Shown: in pieces, positions 1-12,600 of the stretch
Layout of the letters: the number at the start of each line of letters is the position of its first letter
How positions within the stretch are numbered: position 1 is the first letter of the stretch
Assembly: GCF_009914755.1 (NCBI RefSeq)
Contig: NC_060927.1
DNA: 64,000 bases
Direction: 5' to 3' (one strand)
Source of the DNA: the human T2T-CHM13v2.0 reference genome, Homo sapiens
Notes under the pieces: model-generated
Told to the model about the DNA's origin: nothing
Databases searched by the model: none
Seen by the model: only the letters and a program-made list of their open reading frames with translations
Position numbers and translations under genes: made by a program

Positions 1-163
1 GTCACTGCATCCTGGAAAAAGACAGACACAAGCCCACAAAAAGATAGATGCACAGTGTTCATTTAAAAAGAGAATGAGTTTTCCCAGATCTCCAGGTACT
101 TGCAGTGGTCTATGTGGCCAGGCAAATATTTATGATAATTTACACACAAACATATATATAGGT

Positions 164-197
164 ACACACAGACACAGACACACACACACACAACACA
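164..197. repeat. (CA)n/(CAGA)n microsatellite
   Basis: acacacagacacagacacacacacacacaacaca read directly. Confidence 0.85.
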
Positions 198-2159
198 ATA
201 TCATTTCCAGGAGTGTAAAGACATTTGATCTTTAGAATGACTTAAAACGAAAACTAGATGAGCATATGTGTGAGGCTGAAAGTAGTTGTGAGTTGCAGGT
301 AGATAGCTGAGGTTAGATCAGCAGCATATTTACATAGTATTAAAATTAGTAGAGGAGATACTGGTAAGGAAGAAAAAGCAGTACGGAGTTTGTAGAGACA
401 TTTGCTGCAAGATTTTAATGTGAATCTCAGTAAGCATGACTCCTCGGAGGAAAATGCCTGAGAGGATATCCCATTTATTCGTTCGTTTCCTTCAACCATA
501 TATCTTCCTTCATACTAAAAAAAAAAAAAAAATTAAAACAGCTTTTGACTTTCCCAGAACTGGCTTTAAGCATAAATTCTTTTCCTAAAGAAAAAATTAG
601 GAAAGATCGGTATTGGAAACATCTGGGTAACCATTCAGAGAGCCCTGTGCTGTAGTGGACCCATCCATCCTTCATCCTTCCATCCATCATTGGCCTAAAA
701 TATATTAAATACCAGCTAAATTCCAGATGCTATGTTAAGGACTGGGCATTCCAGGACAAATATTCTTTCCCATTGTGGGGGATGAGCTTAAGCTATGAAA
801 CAGTCTCATGTTATAAAATAATGATTGGATTGAGAAGGAAGACAGGAAAGAAACCCTTCCCTTCTTCCTTGGGTACTCTTTTCCTCACCTTGTCTGTGAA
901 AACAAAAAGCAAGTCTCTAATGTGAGAGGTTTCCACTTGGCTCTAAGTACAGCACCCAAATTAAAGTCAGAGTTCAATAACAGTTTATTAAATGAATAAA
1001 TGAACATACAAATTACTATATCCCAAAGCCTTCAGGGATCCAAATTTGAGAATATAATAATGACATTTTCTTCTACAAAGTCAAAATATAATCAATGAAA
1101 TAATCTTTTCAGAAGGGAGCAGAGGGTAAGTGTCAAGTTGAGAAGAACTTCCATGATTAGCTTTCTTCCCAACTCAGACCATCTAATCTTTTTCTGCTAA
1201 GGGTCACCCAGGGCCACCTCTGTTGTGCCTTCTCCTGAACTCATCCTGTCCCCTGCCACTTGTCATACTTCATCCCAACCCTCAATCCTCAGCCAGTTTT
1301 GTCTCAGTCCTGAACTTCAGAACACTCTCCCTCTTCCTGGGCCTTCCCCTCTCATGCTCCTCTTTCCACCTTCATTTACTGGCTAAGAAACTCGCACACT
1401 ACAGCTTCTGCACAGCAGATTTCAAGTTAAGGCCTCCTCATAATGAGGAATGATGATGTGATGTGGGCGACTCAAGGGACTACTATACTTCACAATATAA
1501 GGGAACTCCTTGCTGTGGGCTTTTATCCACATCTGTATTTACCCACTCCTTCTCAGAAACCTGTGTCTATAGGAAACAATCTATAAAACTAATCACTGCT
1601 GAGGTGCAGCTGATTGATAATGACTTAACTTTCCCTAGGCAAATTAGCCTTTTAAAGTGGGCTCATAGAAAAACAATGCCTCAGTGCACTCTTGTGGTAG
1701 AACGTGGGGTTTTGTAGCAGGCTGCTGAGGAGGATCTATTTGAGCTGTGGTTTTTCCTGATGATGATCTTCGATCAAGAGCAGGCAAAAAAGACTGCTTA
1801 CATCTGAGCCTGCAGAACATTGACTCCATCTATGCATTTATTCCTCACCCTTGCATAGAGTTCCTATTATGTACCAATACTGTATTAGGCTTATAACGAG
1901 GAGGAAAAACAGCTCTACCTCAAAGAGCTAAGAGTCTAGTTGGTATATAGACGTACAAGTGGATCAGTATGACATAACATTTTAAGTGGAATGATAAAGA
2001 TGCACATAAAGTATTGGAAGAACATCTGAGCTGTGGACAGGGGACATAGGGCTAGGTAGTAGATGGACAAAATGGCAGGTAAGGTCCTGAAACCACCCAT
2101 GCTTAACTTATGATAGGATCAGAGAACTTAAGACCTGTCAGATGACTGTAACAGGCTGA

Positions 2160-2865
2160 AGTCAGAAAAACAGAGCCCACAGCAGGCAGTTCAACAGAAA
2201 TAATTTAATATGGAGAGGTAGTTCCAAAGCTATTGGAAGAGTCTAAAGAACGAACAGGGGACAGGAAGGAAACCCAGAAATTAGCAACAGTAGGAAGCTG
2301 GTAGGAAGCTGCTAATACCCCTGAAGCTGGAGGGACAAAGGGTAGAGCTAGTGTTGGAAAGCCCAGAAGACAGGACTGCCTGATGGGAGCTGGAACCACA
2401 GAGGGACATAGCTACTGCCAAAGATACACTGGAAGAGAGAGACAGGAAGATGTTCCCTAGTTTGTTCTTTTCTTTTCTTTTCTTTTCTTTCGAGTCTTGC
2501 TCTGTCACCCAGGCTGGAGTGCAGTGGCATGATCTCGGCTCACTGAAAGCTCTGCCTCCCTAGTTCCCGCCATTCTCCTGCCTCAGGCTGGAGTGCAGTG
2601 GCACGATCTCGGCTCACTGAAAGCTCCACCTCCCTAGTTCCCGCCATTCTCCTGCCTCAGTCTCCCGAGTAGCCGGGACTACAGGAGCCCCCCCACCACG
2701 CCCGGCTACCCTAGTTTGTTTTCTGTCTGCTCTTGAATCACTTTTCACTGTCTCTCATTGGCCAAGATGGCCGCAGGCCATATAGCAAGAGTGTCTGGGA
2801 TACAAGTAGAGCAAGGATGGTATGTGGGGTTGGATCTGGGGGCAAATAGACACATTACCGGCACA
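2160..2865 (-). mobile_element. Old ERV-class solo LTR (LTR78/LTR79-like), interrupted by an Alu
   Basis: Segments such as 'gaaacccagaaattagcaacagtaggaagc', 'gctggagggacaaaggg', 'gggagctggaacca' and the terminus 'ggatctgggggcaaatagacacattaccggcaca' resemble ancient eutherian LTRs; subfamily and strand uncertain. Confidence 0.45.
2467..2708 (-). mobile_element. 5'-truncated AluY (right arm only) with a 74-bp internal tandem duplication
   Basis: (CTTTT)n tail at 2467-2490, then Alu right-arm antisense sequence; TSD ccctagtttgtt at 2455-2466 and 2709-2720; duplicated unit 2511-2584/2585-2658. Confidence 0.93.
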
Positions 2866-3644
2866 GTCATCTTAGTTGTCTTATGTCACCTGTGACAGCC
2901 GTCATTTGCTCAAAGTTGTCCTGTTTGTTTTGAGTAGAACCAAGTCTGGAACTTGGGTAAGGTGAGAAGCAGTGATTAAAGTAGAATTTATGGGGGCACT
3001 GTTATGTTCCAGAACACATGCTAGGCTTCTCACAAGTATTATGTCATTTAATTCTTCAAATATCTGTTTACGGTGGCTTTCTGACTCTCTGTTCAGTTTG
3101 TTCTCAAAGCCAAATAATCTAACATTAAAAGAGAAAAAGAAAAAATAATGTTATCTTTGTGCTGTAAAATATTTATGGAAAAATACTTAGGTGAAGGCTA
3201 AGGAATCTTGTGGTATGGTTTAGTATCTATTCCAACTTCATTCTGCATTAGACTTCACATAGGATAGGCCTAAGGATGCTAAGTAAGTAGATTCCAACAT
3301 GTGGCTGAGAATCCCTGGGGTCTGCACATGCACACTTATACTTTGACTTGAGATTTGGGGCTGTGCTCTGTCTTCACAGCAGTATTCTGCTACTTTTCAT
3401 ATGTATGCCATTGCTAATGGGAAAAATACACATTTATTTAAAATCATGAGGAAATTCAGAGTAGCTTTTTGTAATTTTGCACACTCTCAATTAATGGATA
3501 AAATATATGTGATCGCTGTCATGTGGTGATCTGATGAATTTTGAGAGCTGGAAAAGGACCCTTCATACTTGGAAAAGTAGGAAAATCATACTGTGAAACT
3601 ACTACCATGGGAAAGTAGGATATTATAGGAAGAGCTAGCCCAAT

Positions 3645-3875
3645 TAATGACAGCTACCATTTGTTAAGTGTCCTGGTGCTATGCGTGGTTAAATCATTAA
3701 TTCTCACATCAACCCTATAGGTGAGCCATATTATTATTAAGATTCCTGTTTTACAGATGAGAAAACAGGCACAGAAGAATTAAGTGTGGCCTAAGGTCTT
3801 TGAACCTGTGGTAAGTGGTAGAGCCAGGATTTGAACCTAGCCAATTTGCTTCTAAGCTTCACATTTTTAACCACT
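3645..3875 (-). mobile_element. MIR SINE
   Basis: 'ttttacagatgagaaaacaggcacaga...gtaagtggtagagccaggatttgaacc' is the antisense MIR core. Confidence 0.85.
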
Positions 3876-4889
3876 GCTTGTTCTCCTTCCAATTTTTTAA
3901 AATCTCCTCTCCTATGTGTTAAATCACATCAAGCTAAAAAAGAAAATTGACAAAAGGGTATAAGGAAGATGATTACAGACCCATAAAATCCATTGGCAGT
4001 AAACTATTAATACAAATTTACAGGAATTTTACTATATTTAAAAATACCATTTTAATTTTGGTATCTTTAGATGATAAATAAAATGTTCATATATATTTCT
4101 TCTCATTTTCAAACTCATAATAATTATGTAATTTTCTTCACCTTAGTAGAGCAAACTGTTAATAAATTGAGTGGTTAGTGCTTAAAGACTGTTAAAAACC
4201 ACTTCAAATAACATGCCAATCTCATCTTTACAGTAATACCAGGTTGTTAATTAGCTGAACTACCCAAATACAGAGATTATAGTTAAAATGGTTTTGAGTG
4301 GGTGGTGATAATGATGCACTGCCTGTTTTACAACATGCTCCATGCCATGCACTTCAACTCCCATTTTTTAAAATAAAAATTTCCAACACTATTTTTCACC
4401 CTTTTCTTAAGAGAGAGATTCCACTGAAAAATAAAGTTCTTGCTAATTAAATATTTCCATAAACAATGGATCTCGTATCAATGGGGAAATATGTAAGAAT
4501 GAACTATTCAAAGAAGGGAATTTTTCTCTGCTTGAGTACACAAGAGGAAAATGTCATTCCTGTTGAACGTTTTGGAAATGCCACTTTTAGAAAACTTTAA
4601 AATACCATGATGGTTGATTTTTTTAAAATAGTTTCTATTTGGAAAAAAAAAGTCACTTTCACGTTTCAGTAGCAGCTACTCTTGTATAATCTTCAGCACC
4701 ATTAAAGAGATCTCTAGTCTTAATGTCATTGCTTTTTTTCTAGAGAAAGACCTATGGTCATTTTGCTGGGGTTGGGGGAGGAGGGGCAAGGATTAATGGT
4801 CTTTATTGTTTCTTCGTTTCCAGTGGCAGTGCCTTTCATCAGGGCTGTCTTGAACAGCCACATCATGTTCATTTCATTCTATAGCCAAA

Positions 4890-5260
4890 CAGCGTTTGTT
4901 CAACAAACACTTCTTGAGTGTTTCCAATGGTCCAGGCCTTGGGCAAATCTGGGGATATTTTCATTAGTAAGAAATAGGTCCTGGCCTGAAGGAGCTACCA
5001 GTCAAGGAGAGAAGTCTGATATGTAAATGTAAAATTACAATCAATGTGTTTATCATTGTAAAAGACATCCCACATAGAGAGCTGTGGGAACAGAGGCAAA
5101 GACCATGATCTATGCCTTTGTTGGGGAAGGAATGGAAAATAGCAGGGTACAGTTGGCCAGGAGAAGTTTTGCGAAGGTTGAGCATCTGGAATGGTGGGGA
5201 GGGTCTGTCAGGGGTGTGGGGAAGAGCACTTCAGTTGGAAGGAAAGGCATAAAGTCAAAT
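4890..5260 (-). mobile_element. L2 LINE 3' fragment
   Basis: 'ttgttcaacaaacacttcttgagtg...ccaggcc' followed by typical L2 antisense purine-rich sequence. Confidence 0.6.
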
Positions 5261-5559
5261 GGAGGTACTCAAGAATTGGACAGGCTTGAATTTGAGTTAT
5301 AGACCGGTAACTCCTGTACCATGCAATCTGAGCAAACTCCTTATCCTCACATAATAAAATGGGGACAGTAATCCACATTGTGCAGCATTGCAGGGAGGAT
5401 TAAAAATAATGTACTTAATGTGTCTGGTCCCGTGCTAAGCACCGACCATCGCAGGGAGGGCTTCTCCTCTTCCTCAAGGTGGTTCCTGTAACAGCTTCAA
5501 TGTCACCACCTGACCACCATTTTTAAAGCCACCTCTCACTGCAGCATGTTCTTTATTTG

Positions 5560-5695
5560 GTTACATAATGGTGGCCAGTTTCCTCCAGTAAAATGCAAGT
5601 TCTATGAGGGCAGGATTTGTCTTGTTAACAGCTATATCTCCAGGGCCTGAACAGTGCCTGGCACATAGTGGGTGCTTAATAAATATTATTATTGT
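5560..5695 (+). mobile_element. L2 LINE 3' end
   Basis: 'tgcaagttctatgagggcagg...aacagtgcctggcacatagtgggtgcttaataaata'. Confidence 0.8.
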
Positions 5696-8361
5696 CACTA
5701 ATGTTATAATGGTGTGAAAAGACAAGGTGATTTATAGAAATTATGTGGCTGTACTTTGGAGTTCATTGGAGGAGATGAAGCTGCAGAGGAACACTCAAGA
5801 TTGTAAGAAGCTAAAGAGTCTGAATTTTATCTGGCAGGTGCTTCAGTAGGTTTTTGAATAAGAAGCAAAATTTACCTTGTCAGTAGACACTATGAAGAGA
5901 AAGTCAGCAGGTTCTTGGTACTGTTATGTAAGGGATGCTAAAGGCTCACCTATTCTGACTTTGAGGAAATTCTCTTTCTAATTTGTCTCCTCTATTGCTT
6001 TATCTGAAGGAATCGAAGTTCTCTGTATTTGGGAGTCACACAAACATTCTATTCCAGACAAACATTACTCACTCTCTTCATTAAAAAAGAAGAATCTTAA
6101 TTATTTAGGTAAGCAGATCCTTGCAAAGTTAATTGTTTCATGTAGGATCAGAGAGTACTGGAGCTAGACCCACTTTAATTTCGTGGAGAAGGAATGGAGG
6201 TCCTTACAGATGGTTATAGAACCACCGATTCTCCAGTCTGTGTTTCTTCCACCGTGCTTCACTGTCTTTCCTTCCTGGAAATGTTTTGTCTGCCTGTCTG
6301 TCTTACTGTAAACCTTCTGGTAGGGCTGTCATTCAAAAGCCTATTGCTCTAGATACAGTGATTTTTTTCAGGGATGGGCATTTGACCCAAGCAGTCATCC
6401 CTGGAGTGGATCCATGGGTGCCCATAGAATTACCTACATGTTTCAAGTTAAATGCTATTAATTAAATGAATGGGTTTAACAGGCTGTATTTATGTTTTGC
6501 CAAATGAAATTGCAACACAGCAATTCACATGGTGGGAATCTTCCAACTTCATGATAAAATACCTTCCTGAAAACCTGGGACACTGTAGAACAGAAAGCGT
6601 GAGCTATTTGGTTATTTGCTGGATGATGTTAAGTAGCAAAAAGTATGGTAAAGACATTAATACAGTAAAATATGTGTGTTTTGCAATACTAAATGAATAT
6701 GGTCAAGAAATGACACCCCACCTTTCAAGTTTATCTCAGCAAGATTTATGCTCAATGTTTCCTATGGATGCCAAAAAGTTTTACAATTATACTAAAAAGA
6801 TAAAATATTACTTTGCCTAAGCAATTTTGCCTAAAATTGTAACTCAGAGTGCTTTGAGAACATGAATATTTTTCCTTTATAAATATTTTTGTGTTCTTTA
6901 TTAACATATAGTTAATCTCACACCATAACCACATGTATAGATGTTTATACTATATAGAGAATATGAGCATTTCATAAGCATTTTATGCCATGCTTTTCTT
7001 TTCCATTGGATACTATAGTACACATTAGTACCCAAGAGGTTCATTTCTTCTTCTTGGGCTGAATGGCCCATTTATCCGTGGTGAAGTGAGTTTTTTACAC
7101 ACATATTGTAGAATCATAGACTCCAGTGCCTTGCCAAAGGCTCTGTGCCAGGTGCTACATCTATAAAGAAGATTAAGATGCCATCTTTGCCTTCAAGTAG
7201 TTCACATTCCAGTGACCAAAGTAGTTCACAGTCCACTAACCAAGTTATTAGTGCAGAGATTGTATTTCTGTGGGGACAGGCACTGCATATGTATTCAAGG
7301 AACACTTGCCCATACAAATCCATATAAATATAGAGTCTACTAATAACTAGGAAACTGTTGGGAGATTTAGTGTACTACTCACCTTTTCTGCATTTTGAGG
7401 TGCTCATCAGTGGAGTACATACACGAAGATCCATAGCCACACAAGAAGTGAACTTTATTGCTAGAGGTTGATGCCCTGTAACTTCCCAAACATAATGTTT
7501 CCAGTAAGTTTTGTCCTAGAAGCTGGCTTAGGCTTGAGACTGAACTTGGGCTTCCCTCCCATCCAGTGGAAAGAGCCAGGCTCACAAAAATCCTGATTCA
7601 CTTGTCAATATGTGGTAAAGAGATAAAAGGTAGCCCTGTTCTGTTGTTTTTCATGTAGAGAGATAAGAAGCACAATCAGGCTCTCCATACCCAGATGGGG
7701 GAAGTGAAAAGAGGGGCAGGTACACACTTAATACCTCAGCCCAGCAACCAAAACCACTAGGAAAATGTATTCTGATGAATGTTGCATTTACAACCTTGAT
7801 AGTTACCCCAAAGTTAGGCCTTATAGACCTTAGGGTCTATGATAATCATTATTTTACACCTTTAATTTTTTCTTCTTTAATATAATATGTCTCAGAATAA
7901 TCCTTGTTGAAAATCCATCCTTTATGAGCAATGCAGATGGCACAAGATGGACGAACCAGGAATGTTTTCTGTAAAAACTCCTGAAAAAGAAAAGAAAGGG
8001 GTCTCCTCCTCCTTTGTGGGTTGAGACAAATGTGAGATGAGGAAGAAGGATGCGGCATTCAGGGTCGACTGAGTTCCAGCAAGGGTCCAGAGGTAGAAGA
8101 GAGCAAATCATGTTTATTGTGTGTCCGAAACTTTAACGTTCAAGGGCCGAACAAGGAGAGAGAAAAGAAGCTAGAAATAAAGCTGGAGTGGTGACACAGA
8201 GTGGTAGGGAATCCCCTTACTCCCGTACTCCCTAAATTTAGCTTTTATGCTGAAAGCTGTGGCCTGTCCTTGAAAATCTGGAAGCAAGAGAGTGACAGGA
8301 TTAGGTTGGAATTTTAGCAAAAGCACTTCAGTGTGAAGTGGAGAAAGATTAGAAGGGACTC

Positions 8362-8785
8362 GTTATGGGTTGAATTGTATTCCCTTTCAAAAGAGATGGT
8401 TGAATTCCTAATCCCCAGTACCTCAGAATGTGACCCTCTTTGGAAATAGGGTCACTGCAGATATAATTTATGATGAGTTTTTACTGGAGTAAAGTGGGCC
8501 CCTAAGCCAATATGGCTGGTGTCCTTATTTTTAAAAAAGTGACTTGTTCACAGAGATAGACACACATAAAGGGAAGATGATGTGAAGAGACACAGGGAGA
8601 AGACAGCCATCTACAAGCCAAGGAGAGGGGCCTGGACTCTCCCCTCAGAGCTGTCAGGAGCAACTCACCCTGTTGACCTATTGATTTTGAACTTTCAGCC
8701 TGCAGAACTGTGAGACAATACATTTCTGTTGTTGAAGCCATCCAGTTTGTGGTATTTTGTTATGCAGCCATGGGAAAGTAACACA
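8362..8785 (+). mobile_element. MaLR solo LTR (MLT1B/MLT1C-like)
   Basis: Starts 'gttatgggttgaattgt', contains 'cccagtacctcagaatgtgacc', ends 'cagaactgtgagacaatacatttctgttgttgaagcca...ggtattttgttatgcagcc...taacaca'. Confidence 0.88.
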
Positions 8786-9048
8786 GACTCCAAGATTGAA
8801 GACCGAGTAAGAGGACTGACGAAGGCCTGAATTAAGATGGAATGAAAAGAAAGCTCTTGAAAGATATTTAAGAAGTAGAATCGATAGAATTTGGTGATTA
8901 ATCAGGATGTGTGGAGTTAACATAGTGAGTAAGATAGACCTACATTTCAGTCCTGGCTCTATTCCTGCTTAATGATGTCAACTTAAACCATTTATCTTCT
9001 GTGTGCTTTAGTTTTTTTCATCTCTAGAATAGAGGTCATAATAGTTTC

Positions 9049-9513
9049 TCTGATGGTTAATTTTATGTGTTAACTTGACTGGGCTAAGGGATGCCCAGAT
9101 AGGTAGCAAAACATTTCTGGGTGTGTCTGCGAGGGTGTTTCCAGAAGAGATTAGCATGTGAATCAGTAGACTGAGTACAGAAGATCACCCTCACCGATAT
9201 GAGTGGGCATCATCCAATCTGTTGAGGGCCCAGATAGAACAAAAGGCGGAGGAAGGACAAATTACCTCTCATTGTTAACCTTTTCCTGCCCTCAGACATC
9301 AGAGTTCTTGGTTTTAGGCCCTTCAGTCACTGGGACTTCCCTCAGTGGCTTCCCTGGTTCTCAGGTGTTTGGGTTCAGACTGTGTTATACCATCAGCTTT
9401 CCTGGTTCTCCAGCTTGCATAATCATGTCAACTAATTTTCATAATAATATCTCTTTCTTAGATAGTTAGATATAGACATATACTGGTTCTGTTTCTCTGG
9501 AAAACACGAATAC
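9049..9513 (+). mobile_element. ERVL solo LTR (MLT2B-like)
   Basis: Starts 'tgatggttaattttatgtgttaacttgactgggctaagggatgccc', ends 'ggttctgtttctctggaaaacacgaataca'. Confidence 0.88.
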
Positions 9514-9639
9514 AGTTTCCATCTCATTGAGTTGTTGTGCCAGACAAGAGAATGAATGTTAAAATCTTATTACACTGGTATAATAAATACTTCACATAGT
9601 AATATTGATAAATATAATAAATACTCAATACTTTTAAAA

Positions 9640-12600
9640 AATGTTTATTTCAATAGTTTTTGGGGAACAGGTGGTTTTTGGTCACATGGAAAAGCTCTTT
9701 AGTGGTGATTTCTGAGATTTTGGTGTACCTGTCACCCAAGCAGTATACACTGTGCCCAATGTGTAGTCTTTTATCCCTCACCCCACTCCCAACCTTCCCC
9801 CAAGTCCCCAAAGTCCATTGTGTCATGCTTATGCCTTTGCATTCTTATAGTTTAGCTCCCACTTATACTTATAAGTAAGAACATACAATATTTGGTTTTC
9901 CATTCCTGAGTTACTTCACTTAGAATAATGGTCTCCAACTCCATCCAGGTTGCTGCAAATGCCATTATTTCATTCCTTTTTATGGCTGAGTAGTATTCCA
10001 TGGTGTATATATACCACATTTTCTTTATCCACTCAGTTGATGGGCATTTAGCTTGGATCCATACTTTTGCAATTGCAAATTGTACTACTATAATAAACAT
10101 GCATGTGCAAGTGTCTTTTTAATATAATGACTTCTTTTCCTTTGGGTAGATACCCGATAGGGAGATTGCTGGATTGAATGGTAGATCTACTTTTAGTTCT
10201 TTAAGAAATCTTCGTATTGTTTTCCACGGTGGTTGTACTCGTTTATATTCCCACCAGCAGTGTAAAAGTGTTTCCTTTTCACCACATCCACGCCAACATC
10301 TCTTATTTTTTTTTTTTATTTTTAAATTGTGGCCATTCTTGCAGGATTAACGTGGTATCTCATTGTGGTTTTAATTTGCATTTCTCTGATAGTTAGTGAT
10401 GTTGAGCATCCTTTTATATGATTGTTGGCAATTTGTATATCTTCTTTTGAGAACTGTCTATTCATGTCCTTAGCCCACTTTTTGATGTGGTTATTCGTTC
10501 TTTTCTTGCTGTTTTATTTGAGTTCCTTGTAGATTCTGGATGTTAGTCCTTAGTTGGATGCATAGTTTGTGAATATTTTCTGTCACTCTGTGGGTTGTCT
10601 GTATACTCTGCTGAATATTTCTTTTGCTTCGCAGAAGCCTTTTAGTTGAATTAGGTCCCATCTAGTTGTTTTTGTTTTTGTTGCATTTGCTTTTGGGTTC
10701 TTAGTCATGAATTCTTTGCCTAAGGCAATGTCTAGAAGATTTTTTCCAATGTTATTTTCTAAAATTTTTATGGTTTCAGATCTTAGATTTAAGTCATTGA
10801 TCTATCTTGAGTTGATTTTTGTACAAGGTGAGAGACAAGGATCAAGTTTTATTTTTCTGCATGTGACTTGCCAGTAATCCCAGCACCATTTGTTGAATAG
10901 GGTGTCCTTTTCCCACTTTATATTTTTGTATGCTTTATTAAAGATTAGTTGGCTATAAGTATTTGGCTTTATTTCCGCATTCTCAATTCTGTTCCTTGAC
11001 TATGTTTATACCAGTACCATGCCATTTTGGTAACTATAGCCCCTTGTATAGCTTGATGTCAGGTAATACAATGCCTCCGGATTTGTTCCTTTTGCTTACT
11101 ATTGCTTTGGCTCTACAGGCTCTTTTTTGGCTTTGTATGAATTTCAGGATTGTTTTTTCTAGTTCTGTGAAGAATGATGGTGGTATTTTGATGGGAATTG
11201 CATTAAATTTATGGATTGTTTTTGGCAGTATGGTCGTTTTCTCAATATTGATTCTACGCATTCATGAGCATGAAACATGTTTCCATTTTTTTGTGTCAGC
11301 TATGATTTCTTTAAGCAGTGTTTTGTGATTTTCCTTGTACAGATCTTTCGCCTCCTTGGTTAAGTATGTTCCTAAGTTTTTTTTTTTTTCAGCTGTCATA
11401 AAAGGGATTGAACTCTTGATTTTATTCCCAGCTTGGTTGTTGGTGTACAGCAGTGTTACTGATTTGTGTACATTGATTTTATATCCTGAAACTTTACTGA
11501 ATTCATTTATTATATCTAGGAGCTTTTTGGATGAGTGTTTAGGATTTTCTAGGTGTATAGTCATATCATCGGTGAACAGTGACAGTTTGAGTTCCTGTTT
11601 TCCAATTTGGATGCCCTTTGTTTCTTTCTCTTGTCTAATTGTTCTGGCTAAAACTTCTAGTACTATGTTGAATAGAAGTGTATGCTTTCCCCCTGAGAAC
11701 TGGAATAAGACAAGGATGCTCATCTTCCCACTTTTCCCTATTCAGTGTGATATTGGCTGTGGGTTTGTCATATATGGCTTTTATTACTATGAGATATGTC
11801 TCTTCAATGCCATTTTTCTGAGGCTTTTAATCATAAAGGGATGCTGGATTTTGTCAAATGCTTTTTCTGCATCTATTGAGATTATGTGATTTTTGTGTTT
11901 AATTTTCTTTATGTGATGTATAACATTTATTGACGTGCATATGTTAAACCATCCCTGGTATGAAACCCACTTGATCATAATGTATTATCTTTTTGATAAA
12001 CTTTCATTGAGGATTTTTGCGTCTATTTTCTATGTTTATCAGAGACATTGGTCTGTAGTTTTCTTTTTTGTTATGTTCTTTCCTGGTTTTGGTATTAGGG
12101 TGATACGGGCTTCATAGAATGATTTGGGGAGGATTCCCTGTTTCTCTGTCTTCTGGAGTAGTTGTCAATAGGATTGGTACCAATTCTTCTTTAAAGGTCT
12201 GATAGAATTCAGCTGTGAATCCATCTGGCCTTGGACATTTTTTCGTTGGCAATTTTTAAATTACTGTTTCAGTCTTGCTACTTGTTATTGGTCTGTTCAG
12301 AGTTTATTTCTTCCTGATTTAATCCAGAAGGGTTGTATATTTCCAAGAATTTATCCATTTCCTCTAGGTTTTCTAGATTATGGATGTAAAGGTGTTCATA
12401 GTAGTTTTGAATGATCTTTTGTATTTCTGAAGTATTGGTTGTAATATCTCCCGTTTGGTTCTTATTGAGCTTATTTGTATCTTCTCTCTTCTTTTCTTGG
12501 TTGATCTCGCTAATAGTCTATCAATTTTGTTTATCTTTTTGAAAAACCAACTTGTTGTTTCATCTTTCGTATTTTTTGTTTGTTTGTTTCAATTTTATTT

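Noticed and set aside
6470-6820. 116-aa ORF in unique AT-rich sequence
   Set aside because: No recognisable domain, promoter or splice context; the length is compatible with chance in 64 kb
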